From assembly GCF_001194135.2 (NCBI RefSeq), contig NC_068987.1, positions 42,072,950-42,136,949 on the forward strand: a DNA stretch of 64,000 nt, written 5' to 3'. Position numbers and translations under genes: made by a program. The notes beneath the pieces are model-generated. The model was not told the origin of the DNA, made no database searches, and worked only from the letters and a program-made list of their open reading frames with translations. Below are positions 12,360 to 24,249 of the stretch, piece after piece; the stretch's first letter is position 1, and each line of letters opens with the position of its first letter. The DNA comes from Octopus bimaculoides (Eukaryota).

Positions 12360-14722
12360 GGTAGGTCTGGTGAGATTATTGACATGATGACGTGTCGCCA
12401 TGTAGACATGTGCAGTGTGCAAGTAGTGAGATGGAAGGGAGCTTCTGCTAGATTCCTAACAGGTAGGAAACACATTCAAATTCTTCTGGATGGGCAGGAG
12501 TGATTGGTGTGGGCATACACTTAACAGAAAAGTAGGGTGATAAGTTAACTGAGGTAGTCAGCATATGTGATAGGGCTATTAAGCTAAGACTCATCAGAGA
12601 TAAATTAACAGTTACATTCATTTCTACAAATGCTCCACAGGCTGGGCTGGCTGATGACCAGGACCAATTCTATGAGGTTATCCTGCAGACTAGCTTGATA
12701 AAAAATGAAAAGACATGGTTATTGTGGCTTGCAACTTTAATGGACATGTTGGGCAGCAGTCCCATGGAGTGCATGGTAGTTATGGCTTTGTGTAGGACTC
12801 ATGAAGAAGTCATATCCAATGACTGGTGTAGCAGCACCATAGTCAACTGCTAAAAAGGCAAAGGTGATGCTTTAGATAGAAATAACTACACGGGTATCAA
12901 ATTATTGGATCAGGTGATGAAAGTTACGGAGAGAGTCATAGCCCAACGAATAAGGAAGAGAGTTAGCCTCGATGAGATGCAGTTTGGTTTTGTGCCAGGA
13001 AGAAGCATCACTGATGCAATATTTCTGGTAAGGCAACTTCAGGAGAAATACCTAGCCAAAAATAAACCTCTGTACTAGGCTTTTGTTGACTTGGAGAAAG
13101 CCTTTGACAGGGTTCTCCGATCCCTTATCTGGTAGTCAGTGCGGAAACTGGGGAAAGTGGTTGGTAAGAGCTGTACAAGCCCTGTACTGGGATGCTGTCA
13201 GTAAGGTGAGGGTTGGCAATGAGTATAGTGAAGAATCCCAGGTAGAAGTAGGAGTTCACCAAGGATCAATCTTCAGACCACTCTTATGCATCATAGTCTT
13301 CCAGCCAATAACAAAGGAATTCAAGACAGGCTGCCCCTAGGAGCTTCTCTATGCTGATGACCTTGCTCTAATAGCTGAGTCACTACCAGCACTAGAGACG
13401 AAGTTTAGGGTGTGGAAGCAAGGTCTAGAATCAAAGGGCCCTAGGATTACCCTAGCAAAAACCAAAGTCTTAGTAAGTAGGAAGGCTGACAAATCACAAA
13501 CGCCTTCAGGTAGATGGCTCTGCTTGATCTGCAGAAAAGGCTTGAGTAGAAACTCCATAAGATGTACCCAATGTAAGCTATTGACACATAAAAGGTGTAG
13601 CAATTCAATGGAAGGTTAACCAGGAAGATAGTTTTTGTGTGTGACAAATGCACAGGGGCAATAAACACTGAAGATGTACAGAAAACAGATTCCATCACAT
13701 GCCATGGAGAAAAACTAGTAGTTGTTGATAGCTTCTGCTACCTAGGCAACCAAGTCTGCAGTGGGGGTGAATGCTCTGAGAATGTAGTAGCGAGAATAAG
13801 AATAGCCTGGGTAAAGTTCAGGGAGAAACTACCTCTCCTGGCAACTAAGGGCCTCTTGCTCAGGATGAAAGGTAGACTGTATGATGCATGTGTGCAAATT
13901 GCCATGCTACACGTTAGTGAACCATGGGCCATGACTGCTGAGGACATGTGTAGGCTTGAAAGAAATGAAGCTAGTATGCTCTGCTGGATGTTTAATGTCA
14001 GTGTGCAAACACTACAGCGTGTGAGCACCCTGAAAGAAAAGTTGGACATAAGAAGCATCAAATGTAGTGTGCAAGAGAAATGACTGTGCTGGTATAGCCA
14101 TGTTACGTATGGATGAGGAGAGCTGTGTGAGGAAGTGCCACACCCTAATTGTGGAAGGAACCTGTGCAAGAGGTAGACCCAGGAAGATACTGGATGAGGT
14201 GGTAAAGCATGACCTTTGAATGTTGGGCCTCACAGAGGCAATAGCAGGAGACCAAGACCATTGGAGATATGCTGTGATTGAGAAGACCGGACAACTAAAG
14301 TGAAGTAGGACCCATGGCCCATGCCAGTATTGCATGTCCGGCCCATTTAAAATTACTCTTGATGCATCGGGCAATATGATATGTCTGAGAAGACCTGTTG
14401 AGTTAAGTAAAATCAAAATTGTAGCTGTGGTCAGTGCCTCCTGTACTAGTGGCAGGTAAAAAGCACCATCAGAACATGGCCGATGCCAGTGCCCCTTGAC
14501 TGGTTCCTATGCCGATGGCATGTAAGAAGCACCATCCGAACATGATCTATGCTAGGGCACCCACTACACTGTCAGAATGGTTGGCGTTAGGAAGGGCATC
14601 CAGCTGTAGAAACATTGCCAGATCAGATTGGAGTCTGGTGCAGCTGCTGGCTTTCCAGACCTCAGTCAAACCATCCAACCCATGCCAGTATGGAAAACAG
14701 ACGTTAAACAATGATGATGATG
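12360..14722 (+). mobile_element. RTE LINE, internally deleted (APE start, RT, PHD-like insert, 3' UTR, (ATG)n tail)
   Basis: APE remnants (gatgggaagggagcttctgctagattcc, NFNGHVG); RT motifs FVDLEKAFDRV, GVHQGS, YADD; tail aaacaatgatgatgatg; stops and frameshifts. Confidence 0.92.
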
Positions 14723-14754
14723 GTATCGGAGTTCTGAAAATTTTTTCTCCATTT

Positions 14755-15190
14755 TATCAAATTTTTCACCATGGATGAAAAATGGATACCAGTTTTATGT
14801 TGTCAAACTCTGAGTTTGAATTCAAAGGATTTTTGAAAGAAGACATAGAAAAATCTAGCAAAATATACTGTGAAAATAAAACCATATGTGTGATTAAGAC
14901 TTGGATATTTCTATTTCCTAAAATGAAATGATCCTGATAACAATTCCAATAGTGATAAGAAAAGATATAGTACGAATTTGAAAAACTGATTTTCATATTT
15001 TTAGGAAGAAACTAGACCAAGCCACAGTCTTTCCATTGAAATGAAACTGTTAAATTATTTTTTTCTCCCTCTTTATTAGTAATTACTGTGGAAATGAATC
15101 ATTATACAGAACATAAAGAAGAAAACAAGATAGTCTGTAGTTTCCTACATACATGGAAGAGATTCCAAGCACTTTTAGAAATATAGTGTG
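14755..15190 (+). repeat. Diverged direct repeat, copy 1 (copy 2 at ~15935-16372)
   Basis: atggatgaaaaatggataccagttt.atgttgtcaa, ccacagtct.tccat.gaa and actgtggaaatgaat shared in the same order. Confidence 0.75.
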
Positions 15191-15697
15191 ATGTGTATGA
15201 TGTATAAGTTGATTTATTCTTTTACTCGTTTCAGTCATTTGACTGCGGCCATGTTTTTCAAATTCACCTCATTCTGTTACTGTATCAATGCATCTTTTGT
15301 GTTTCTGAAAGTTTGTAACTCCATCAATGAAGACCTGTGTATTTCTGAGTAGAAATTTGTGACTGCATCAATGCAGTTCTATGTTTCTGTGACCGTGCCA
15401 ATGTAACCCTGTGTGTTTGTTTCTGAGTAGAAGCAAGTGGTTTTGTGTTTCTGTCTGAGTTAGTGTGTATTTTGTGTATATTCAGATGAGTTGTTTCAAA
15501 AGAGAATGATAGCAAATGACTTGGTTGGTTGAAATGATTGAGATAAACTGCAATTCATACAGTGTTTGAATAACTGTCTTACTCAGTTTTAGTTCTACAC
15601 ATGCACTAGACACACAAAGAAGTTCAAATGGATCAACTGCTCTGTTAATAATATGGAAAAACTAAAAAGATAATTAAAAAGTAAAAGGTTAACTTAC

Positions 15698-15841
15698 CGA
15701 GTGCAAGACGCTAACATTTTTCTCTAAATCTACACACTGCATAGAGCACTTCTTATTTTGCTCTTTAAGGATGTTGATCTCTTTACGGTAACACTCAGAG
15801 TTATTCTGCAAAACTTTGTAGCGTTCAGTTGCAAAATCAAG
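15698..15841 (-). CDS. TPR: TPR exon, 144 bp (LDFATERYKVLQNNSECYRKEINILKEQNKKCSMQCVDLEKNVSVLHS), phase 0/0
   Basis: Acceptor ttttaAG, donor GTAAGT; aligns to human [22 protein letters not shown]. Confidence 0.94.
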
Positions 15842-15934
15842 CTTAAAAGATGAAAATAGATAAACTCTTAGAAGTCAAACATAGAACAAAATTCATAGGC
15901 CTATAATTTGATTTATCTGTTTTGATTTTCTGAA

Positions 15935-16372
15935 ATGTTTCACTATGGATGAAAAATGGATACCAGTTTCATGTTGTCAAGCAGTGAGTTTCAAAAGAAG
16001 ATATAAAAAACATAAAAAGTGTGTGTTGATTAAGAAGTGGATATTTTTATAGTGATTCATAAGTCTCTATACTGAAACAATACTGTCAAAAGTTCTGATA
16101 GTGATAAAACAAGAGTGAATTTGCACCAGAATATAGTAAGAATTTTAAAATTATTTTTCTTAGTTTTTTTAAGGAAGATATTAAATCAAACCACACCACA
16201 GTCTCTCCATGGAATAGAAACTGTTAGATCACTTTTAAAAAATTTTTCCTTTGAAGCAATAACTGTGGAAATGAATTGTTGCACAGAACATAAATGGGGA
16301 AAAAGAGATGGTTTGAGGTATAACACATGCTTGGAACAACACTAGAAATCTGAACATTTTTAGGAATATAAG
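15935..16372 (+). repeat. Diverged direct repeat, copy 2
   Basis: Collinear with 14755-15190. Confidence 0.75.
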
Positions 16373-16689
16373 TTTTGTATGTGTGTATGCGTTTCATTTA
16401 TAAATATCTTTTCAAATTTACCTTGTTTTTATTTTTCATTTACCTGTTCAAGTTTGATTAATTTGTATTGTGAATCATTTATATATGTGTGGTGTGAGTT
16501 TATTTCGCAGGTATGTAGATGACAGGCCAGCTCCTCTCAAACTGTCCAACCCATGTCAGCATGGAAGATGAACATTAAACGATGATGATAATCCTCTGTA
16601 ACTGTACTGAGGAAACAGCAGAGCACACTGGAGAGCATCCAGTATGTAGCAAACTTCATCCACTAAAGTATCAAGGTAACTATAGATTA

Positions 16690-17255
16690 CCCAACTAGGC
16701 AACCTAACAATAGACTCCCAGTCTTTGCTACTGAACTTTGGTTATAGACTGTAAACAACAGAGTACAGCTCCTCCACTCTAATATGAAAATTTGCATATC
16801 AATAGCAGACTTAGAATAATGAATAATGTCCCCCACCGATACAAACTCAATGAAGCAAAGAGACATAAACAAAACTTCATGCACTGCATACAATTCTCTG
16901 GATACAACTAGATAGACAGGATTCAAGTATACAGGAGAGCCAAAAAGAGATCAGATAACAACAAATGTAATGATGCCAGTGGTACCCATCCTAGATACTG
17001 AAGTGAAGATTAAAATAGTATATAGAAAATTTGTGACAAAGCAAACAGAGTGAACACATCTCATGGGGGAATTAGCACATAGATTTAGGAAAACCCAGAA
17101 AGACACCAAACTTAACATCAAGATCATTGAGAACCCAGGGAGCTCCTTCAGATCACAATTATGTAGGACGTACTCCTTCAAAAATACCACATGCACTAAT
17201 GAGAAATGTGTAGTTTGTAAATTTAACCTCAGAATTAACTGTAAGTTGAACAGAG
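16690..17255 (+). mobile_element. Degenerate Penelope-like element (PLE) fragment: RT thumb/linker with Cys motif
   Basis: PTRQPNNRLPVF..ELW; PILDTEVKI; HRFRKTQKDTKLNIKIIENPGSSFRSQLCR..F...CTNEKCVVCK...NCK, resembling the PLE region preceding GIY-YIG (recognised from memory). Confidence 0.5.
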
Positions 17256-17319
17256 AATCTCCATCAAATTTTCCCAAAAACTTGGTGATACCTGCTCAGA
17301 GGCCTAATCATAGTTTTCA

Positions 17320-17870
17320 AAAAAGTTTTCATCGTTCTCAACACAATCAAAGAGTGTAATTTTGGTCAGCTGAAAGCAGTTTTGGCACAAACTTGGCAGA
17401 GATGCGTCTCATACCCAAAACTTTAGTGATAATGGACTGAACTAAACTGTAACTAATCTCCACATCCTCTGATAACTCATGGATGATGATTTGATGATTT
17501 CCTCTCACAGCTTCATGCATATCTGTCATGTTTTTCTTGGTTCTGCTGGTTGTGGGTCTCTGAGAATATTTGTCAATATGGACATTTTTTTGGCCATCTT
17601 GGAAACATCAGAACCACTCTTACACTTTTGTGCAGCTCATACACTTTCTGCAACTTTGCGTAGGCTTCTGAGCAGGTATCGCCATGACAGCTTTCTCTTT
17701 CCTGCTCAACGCGACGATTACACACCTTCCTTCGAAGCACTGTTATGAGCTAGAACGTTAAAGCACATCAGAGATCAAGATCAATCTTTGCCGAGTGACT
17801 TCAATCTGTGTGCTTTAGCTTCATTACTATGGCAACAATCTGGATACTTATTGATCAGACCTCATACATT
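17320..17870 (-). mobile_element. Mariner transposon 5' fragment (HTH region)
   Basis: IHELSEDVEISYSLVQSIITKVLGMRRISAKFVPKLLSADQ (FVPKLL ~ WVPxxL). Confidence 0.85.
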
Positions 17871-17917
17871 TCAGTAAAAAATAAAAATACTGATTTCTAC
17901 GATAATAATCATAATTC

Positions 17918-18130
17918 TTTCTACTGTGGGCACAAGACCTGAAACATTGAAGGAGGAGGCTAGTTGATTATATTGACCCCAGTGTGCAACTGGTACTTAT
18001 TTTATCAACCCCCAAAAGGATGAAAGACAAAGTCTATCTTGAAAGATTTTGCACTCAGTATGTAAAGATGAACAAAATGCATAGCAGCATTTTGTCCAGC
18101 AAGTTAACAATTCTGCCAGTTTGCTGCCTT
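17918..18130 (-). mobile_element. SINE family A copy
   Basis: ttgaccccagtgtgcaactggtacttattttatcaaccccc.aaaggatgaaagacaaagtc...aattctgccagtttgctgcc. Confidence 0.8.
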
Positions 18131-18164
18131 AATAATAATACCTTAACTCATTAGTGTAACTTAC

Positions 18165-18243
18165 CTGTGAAGCAAGTTTTGTGTTCTGAACTCTCATGTC
18201 AGAAATGTCTCCCCGTAATTTTTCAAGCTGACCATTCAGTATC
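18165..18243 (-). CDS. TPR: TPR exon, 79 bp (KILNGQLEKLRGDISDMRVQNTKLASQ), phase 2/0
   Basis: Acceptor tttcAG, donor GTAAGT; aligns to human [26 protein letters not shown]. Confidence 0.94.
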
Positions 18244-18866
18244 CTGAAATAAGGGTAAGTAAAATGCAATGCTTAGATATAGATCCAGGGAGTTGCAGGA
18301 AGTTACTGAATGGGTGAATGGGCTCAAAAATGGTGGTTTTGTACTGCAAGATTGGCACTATACTTTACAGTGTTGAACTTTTGATTAAATACTGAAAAAA
18401 ACTTACCTGCTAAGCATCAGGGTAGTTTAATATATGAATGGAAAATGAGAGGAAAAGGGAAAGAGCTATGGTAAAGAGGAGGTGAACTGACTCAAAGACC
18501 TGAAATGAACTGTACTATTAAGTAGTTCAGATGTGAATGTCTTTGATATCACAGCTTACAAATGATACTGTATACCTGTTGTGGAGACAACAAATATAGT
18601 ACTGTAGTAAACTGAGTAACATGATAGTTCACACAAAATTCCCAAGATATCAAGGCACTATCTACTAAAGAGGCTACCAACATACTGAACATCTATGATC
18701 AACAGTTAAATTACCGAAAATTGAACAGGCGTAGCTAAAATTTTAGAAGATTTTGCATCATAGCAGAGACCACATGTCCATTCACCACCAAGACATCAAT
18801 GAACTTATTCACTTACCAATCTGTTCTAATATACAACAAGAAAAATTTAGCAAAAAAATTGTTTAC

Positions 18867-19084
18867 TTGTCATTCTCCCCCTTCTCTCGTTTGTAAGTGG
18901 CATACTCTGTTTGCAGTTCTTGGAGGGCCATCTTCATGTCTTCCAGTTCTTTGTCCTTATTAGGACTAAAAGGGTTAAAAGGGGTAGCAGGCATGCTCTG
19001 AGGAGTCTGCTGGTACTTTCCACGTGCCCTGTAACTGCCTCGGCCATGTCCTCGTACTGGTGTTGCTGTCTGGACATTTGAAAC
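18867..19084 (-). CDS. TPR: TPR exon, 218 bp (VSNVQTATPVRGHGRGSYRARGKYQQTPQSMPATPFNPFSPNKDKELEDMKMALQELQTEYATYKREKGEND+AA), phase 0/2
   Basis: Acceptor tattAG, donor GTAAAC; C-terminal half aligns to human [24 protein letters not shown]. Confidence 0.9.
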
Positions 19085-19199
19085 CTAATATGTATAAATA
19101 AAGGACAGTATAACGGACATGTAATGGACAGTATAATGAAGTAATTGGTGAGATTAATTAAAAAGAATCAACATAAAGTAGATTTTGTTGGATGGCGGG

Positions 19200-22100
19200 G
19201 TGGTTTGTCACCATCATTGTCGTTATTTAACATCCGCTTTCCATGCTTGCATGGGTTGGACAGTTTGACTGAGGGCTGGCAAGCCAGAAGGCTCAAATCT
19301 GATTTGGACGCCCTTCTACAGCTGGATGCTTCTCTTAATGCCAACCACTCCAAGAATGTAGTGGGTGCTTGTCAGCTGCACTGGCATCGACCACACTCGA
19401 ATGGTGCTTTTTACATACCACCAGCACAGGAGCCAGTCAGGTGGCACTGGCAACAACCACACGCAAATATTGTTTGTCACATGCCACAGGCACGGGACCA
19501 AACAAGCAGCACTGGCATCGACCACACTCAAATGGTGCTTCTTACATGCCACTGGCACGGGTGCCAATCAGGTGGTACTAACATTGGCCAGGACAATGAC
19601 TTTACTTCACTCAACAAGTCTTCACAGGCACAGTTTATTGCCCAATGATTGCAGGGCACTCTTAAATGGGCTGGTTATGCTGCACTGGTATAGGCCACGG
19701 TTACAGTCTCACTTGGCTTGCCAGGTCTCGGTCACTTGTCATTTGAAATGCTTCACCACCTCATCCCAGGTCTTCCTGGCTCCACCCCTTCCACAGGTTC
19801 CCTCTACTGCTAGCCTGCGACACTTTTTCACACAGCTGTCCCCATCCATATGCAACACATGACCATACCGACGCAGTTGTCTCTTTTACACACCACATCT
19901 GATGCTCCTTAGGTCTAACTTTTTCCCAGGGTGCTCACACACTATCGTATATGCACACTGACATTACACATCCAGCGGAGCATACTAGCTTCATTTCTTG
20001 CAATGCTTACGCATGTCCTCAGCTGTCACGGCCCATGTTTCACTGCCATGTAGCATGGTTGTTCACACACTTGTGTCATACAGCCTACATTTTACTCTTA
20101 GTGACAGGCCTGTTGTCAGAAGCAGAGGTAGGAGATCTCTGAACTTTGCCCATGCTATTCTTATTCTGGCAGCTACACTCTCAGAGCATCCAGCCCTGAT
20201 ACTGACTTGGTTGCCTATCCCCATGGCATGTGACAGAAGCTGTTTTCTGCACATTTTCAGTGTTTATTGCCCATGAGCATTTGCCACACAAAAACTATCT
20301 TCCCAGTTAGCCTTCCTTTGATACTGTTGCACCTCTTATGTATCCATAGCTTACACTGGGTACATTCTATGGAGTTTCTACCTATGCCTTTTCTACAGAT
20401 CAAGCAGGGCCATTTATCTGAAAGGATTTGTGATTTGTCTGTCTTCCTACTTACTAAGACTTTGGTTTTTGGTAGGTTAACCTTAGGGCCCTTCTATTCT
20501 AGACCTTGCTTCCACACCTGAAACTTCTCTAGTTCTGATAGTGACTCAGCTATTAGAGCAAGGTCATCAGCATAGAGGAGCTCCCAGGGTTAGCTGGTCT
20601 TGAATTCCTTTGTTATTGCCTGGAGGACTATGATGAATAAGAGAGGGCTGAGGACTGATCCTTGGTGGACCTGTACCCCTACCTGGAATTTTTCGCTATG
20701 CTCGTTGTCATCCCTCACCTTACTGACAGCATCCCAGTACATGACTTGTACAGCTCTCATGAACCATTTATCTATACCTAGTTTTCCCATTGATCACCAG
20801 ATAAGGGATCGGAGGACCCTGTCAAAGGCTTTCACCATGTCAACAAAAGCCAGGTACAGAAGTTTATCTTTGGCTAAGTATTTCTCCTACAGCTGTCTTA
20901 CTAGAAATATAGCATCAGTGCTATATTTAACCCTAACCCATGAAACACTTCAAGTATTTGGTCCTCACGATGCAGAACATTGGCAAATTTTTTCTTATCT
21001 GCTTCTCCTCTGGCTAAGTAAGCCTGTTGCCTAGCTTCCCTTCTTGCAATCTGATATAATTCCCTGCTACCACTGTTCTTCCAGTCCTTCCATGCCTGTT
21101 TCTTTTCCCTAATGGCCCTGCCAACTATATTTTTCCACCACCACATTATCTTTGGTTGAGAGGGGACTTTGCACCATCCACAGATCTGGTCAGTAGCCCT
21201 CACCAGGTTGTCCCGTAGGAACCTCCAGTTGTCTTCCATATCATGTGATGCTATATCCACCTCTATTTCGTCAAAAGCTTTGAGTAATACATCACTAAAT
21301 CTCTGTCCATTCACAGGATCCTTAAGCTTCCAGACCCTGCTTCTCAATGGTCATCCATTTAGCCCTAATCCTGAAGTCGCTAACTACTAGTCTATGTTGC
21401 GGGTTGCATTCTTCCCCTAGGAAGGTTCTTGCATTTATAAGTAGCCATCTTTCCTGCTTCCTGGCGAGGATGTAGTCAATGACTAGCATGTCCACCAGAT
21501 CGGTAAATGATTAATTAAAAAGAATCAACATAAAGTAGATTTTGTTGGATGGCGGGGTGGTTTGTCACCATCGTCGTCAGACTGGGAGGTTTCCTGAAGT
21601 TAGTATTAGAAACTGTAAAATCATTTGCATCGTAGAACTCCAGCAGCCTGATTCTCTCCTTATTGCGGGAACCAAAACCATAGCCTCTATGTATACCATG
21701 GAAGCCCGCTACATATTGTCCAACATGCCCATTGAAGTCGCCAAGCCACAAAGTTTGGTAGTCTGCAAGAGGGTGTCATAAAATCAGTCTTTCTGTTCAT
21801 CAGGTAGCCCTGGCTGAGGGGCATAGGCCAAGATAATGGTTGCTAATCCATGTTGCAGCACTAGTCTAAGCTTAAGTATTCTATCACAGACTCTGACTAC
21901 CTCGATTGCCTTATCAACCCATTTCTCCGCAAGAAGTATGCCCACGTCCCCGACCCCATCAGTGTTCCCTGCCCAGAAAATCTTATACCTATGTTCTTTG
22001 CCTGTAAGGAATCTAGCAGAACTTCCTCTCCATCTTACTTCTTGGATGCAGCTCAAATCTACACGTCTCGTTGAAGTATTTCAACAATCTCACCAGATCT

Positions 22101-22260
22101 ACCTTTCAGTGTGCCATCATTAAGCATACCAGCTCTGAGGGTGTGGGCCCGCAAGACCATGAGATAGGAGACAGTCATGTCATGTACCTGTAAAGAAAGC
22201 TCGCATTTGGCAGAATTCACAATCATACAACAGCCTTCAGCCTGCATACAGTACACCATC
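19200..22260 (-). mobile_element. RTE LINE, near full-length but decayed and internally deleted
   Basis: APE (CIQEVRWRGSSARFL, AYAPQPG, WLGDFNGHVG); RT (FVDMVKAFDRV, VHQGSVLSPLLF, YADD); PHD-like insert; 3' UTR with ~66-bp tandem units; (ATG)n-type tail. Confidence 0.93.
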
Positions 22261-23220
22261 ATGTTTATGTGCTACATCATCATTACATTACAAAGGAGAT
22301 AAAACCCTAAATATGGATGGGGGAACATTAAGCCTTTGGAGGTGTTCATGGGAAAGACATCCAATAGAAGTCAGAGGATAAAGTCTTTCAGTACAGGTGG
22401 TGGGGTGGGAAGGGCAGGTGCATCGCGAAACAGCAAAAACTCAGGCTGCCAGTGTGAAAGAATAGTAATGATGCTAATGAGATAGAATTGGGCATTTGCA
22501 TTCTTAACTAGAGCTATAACCAACAGTTTTCAGCAGCCAAACTGTGCAAGGTTGGAAAACAAAGTTGCTTATCTGAACATCTGATTTGTATTCTGTGTGG
22601 CGAGGTGTTAAAATACGTTTGTTCTATAGTGGCCCAAATTATAGGTTGGTTTTACAGACAAGTGATTTGGCATATATTACACTAAACTGCCAAGTTATAG
22701 GTTAGGTGGGGTATTTGTGTACATTACAGCCCTGGTCTAGGCTACAGATCAGGTGCTGTGTTTGAACATGTTAGATAACTGGTACTAATTACAACTGAAG
22801 TGAGTTGGTTTGTACATATATTCTTGGCCATAGTCCAATTTTGAAGTGCCTGGAATTTAAATAAAGAGTTGCAGAGCTGTGAAGAGACTGGCCTATTGTA
22901 ACTGGTAGAACATAGCTATTTTTTAAGTCTTCCATTCCTGTTAATTAATCAGCAAGAAACTCTTTTCAGCATAGATGTCCAAAACAAATGGATTTCTCTG
23001 CACCGGAAAACAGTGTCACATGAAATAAGTTTCAAGGAATAAGAGCAAATATTACAAAAATCTGTTTTATGCATGTATTTCAGCAATACATTTCTTATTT
23101 CTATTTTTCTATCTCTTGATAATGATGATGATAACCCAAGTCATTAAAAATTAAAATTTTACTTTCACTTATTGTTTATTCCACTTAAGGTAATGATCAC
23201 TTATTCTGGTAAAAGCTTAC

Positions 23221-23280
23221 CTGAGTAGATTCCTGATACAGAACTCGGTACATATCTCTTTGTCGAATAATGGATTCCAC
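23221..23280 (-). CDS. TPR: TPR exon, 60 bp (VESIIRQRDMYRVLYQESTQ), phase 0/0
   Basis: Acceptor atccAG, donor GTAAGC; conserved RQRDMYR motif. Confidence 0.95.
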
Positions 23281-23384
23281 CTGGATAGAAAGAAAGTAAA
23301 AGAAAATTAGTAACCTTCATTTAACAAGCACAAAGCCCTGCATGTGTATTTAGTACATGAAAGAACACATAGATATGTACATAT

Positions 23385-23432
23385 ATATATAAGTGTGTAT
23401 GTATGTATGTATGTATGTATATATATATATAT
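23385..23432. repeat. (TATG)n(TA)n microsatellite abutting N-gap 23433-23656
   Basis: Directly visible. Confidence 0.9.
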
Positions 23433-24249
23433 NNNNNNNNNNNNNNNNNNNNNNNNNNNNNNNNNNNNNNNNNNNNNNNNNNNNNNNNNNNNNNNNNNNN
23501 NNNNNNNNNNNNNNNNNNNNNNNNNNNNNNNNNNNNNNNNNNNNNNNNNNNNNNNNNNNNNNNNNNNNNNNNNNNNNNNNNNNNNNNNNNNNNNNNNNNN
23601 NNNNNNNNNNNNNNNNNNNNNNNNNNNNNNNNNNNNNNNNNNNNNNNNNNNNNNNNCTGAGACTATCCAACAGACCTTGATGAAACTTGACACATGTGTA
23701 GGGCTTATGCCCATGGGTTCACTTACGCATTTGGAATTTTTATAAAATCAATTTTTAATCAGCATCGATTTTTCAAAAGTCATAAAATTTCAGCATTTTT
23801 TGCACTAGCCATCATGACATCAAACAGAAAGCTTATTAATGGTAATCTATTTAGCATTTGCTACTTCTTCATGTCAATGCAAATTGTTTTCATTTGCAAA
23901 ATCTTATTTCAATTCATTGTTTAAATTGCACAGCGTTTCAGGTTTTGAGTAGGTAAACGTAGGCATTTTGCACACTAGCCATCATGACATCAATTTGACA
24001 AAATCTGCCCCAAAGTGTAAAATTTCACCATTTTATACATATGCACAAAAATGATGACATGGGTTTACTATGAGACTCTGCTCATTTCTTCATCAAATTG
24101 GTCCTACCCATTAATATAGATTTTAAATTTTAGAAAAATGTTGAAATTTAGTGCAAAATATTTCATGGCTATAAACAGACATCTTTTTAACGTTAATTTA
24201 TTACTGGGTACCTCAGCTAGTATATACATATAATGCATATACAATATAC

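Noticed and set aside
19378-19580. CRISPR-like repeat array
   Set aside because: Eukaryotic context, contiguous units without unique spacers, located in a LINE 3' UTR.
22260-22460. HDV-like ribozyme at the RTE 5' end (known for some RTEs)
   Set aside because: I could not identify the nested double pseudoknot by eye. It is unresolved without a covariance-model or RNArobo search.
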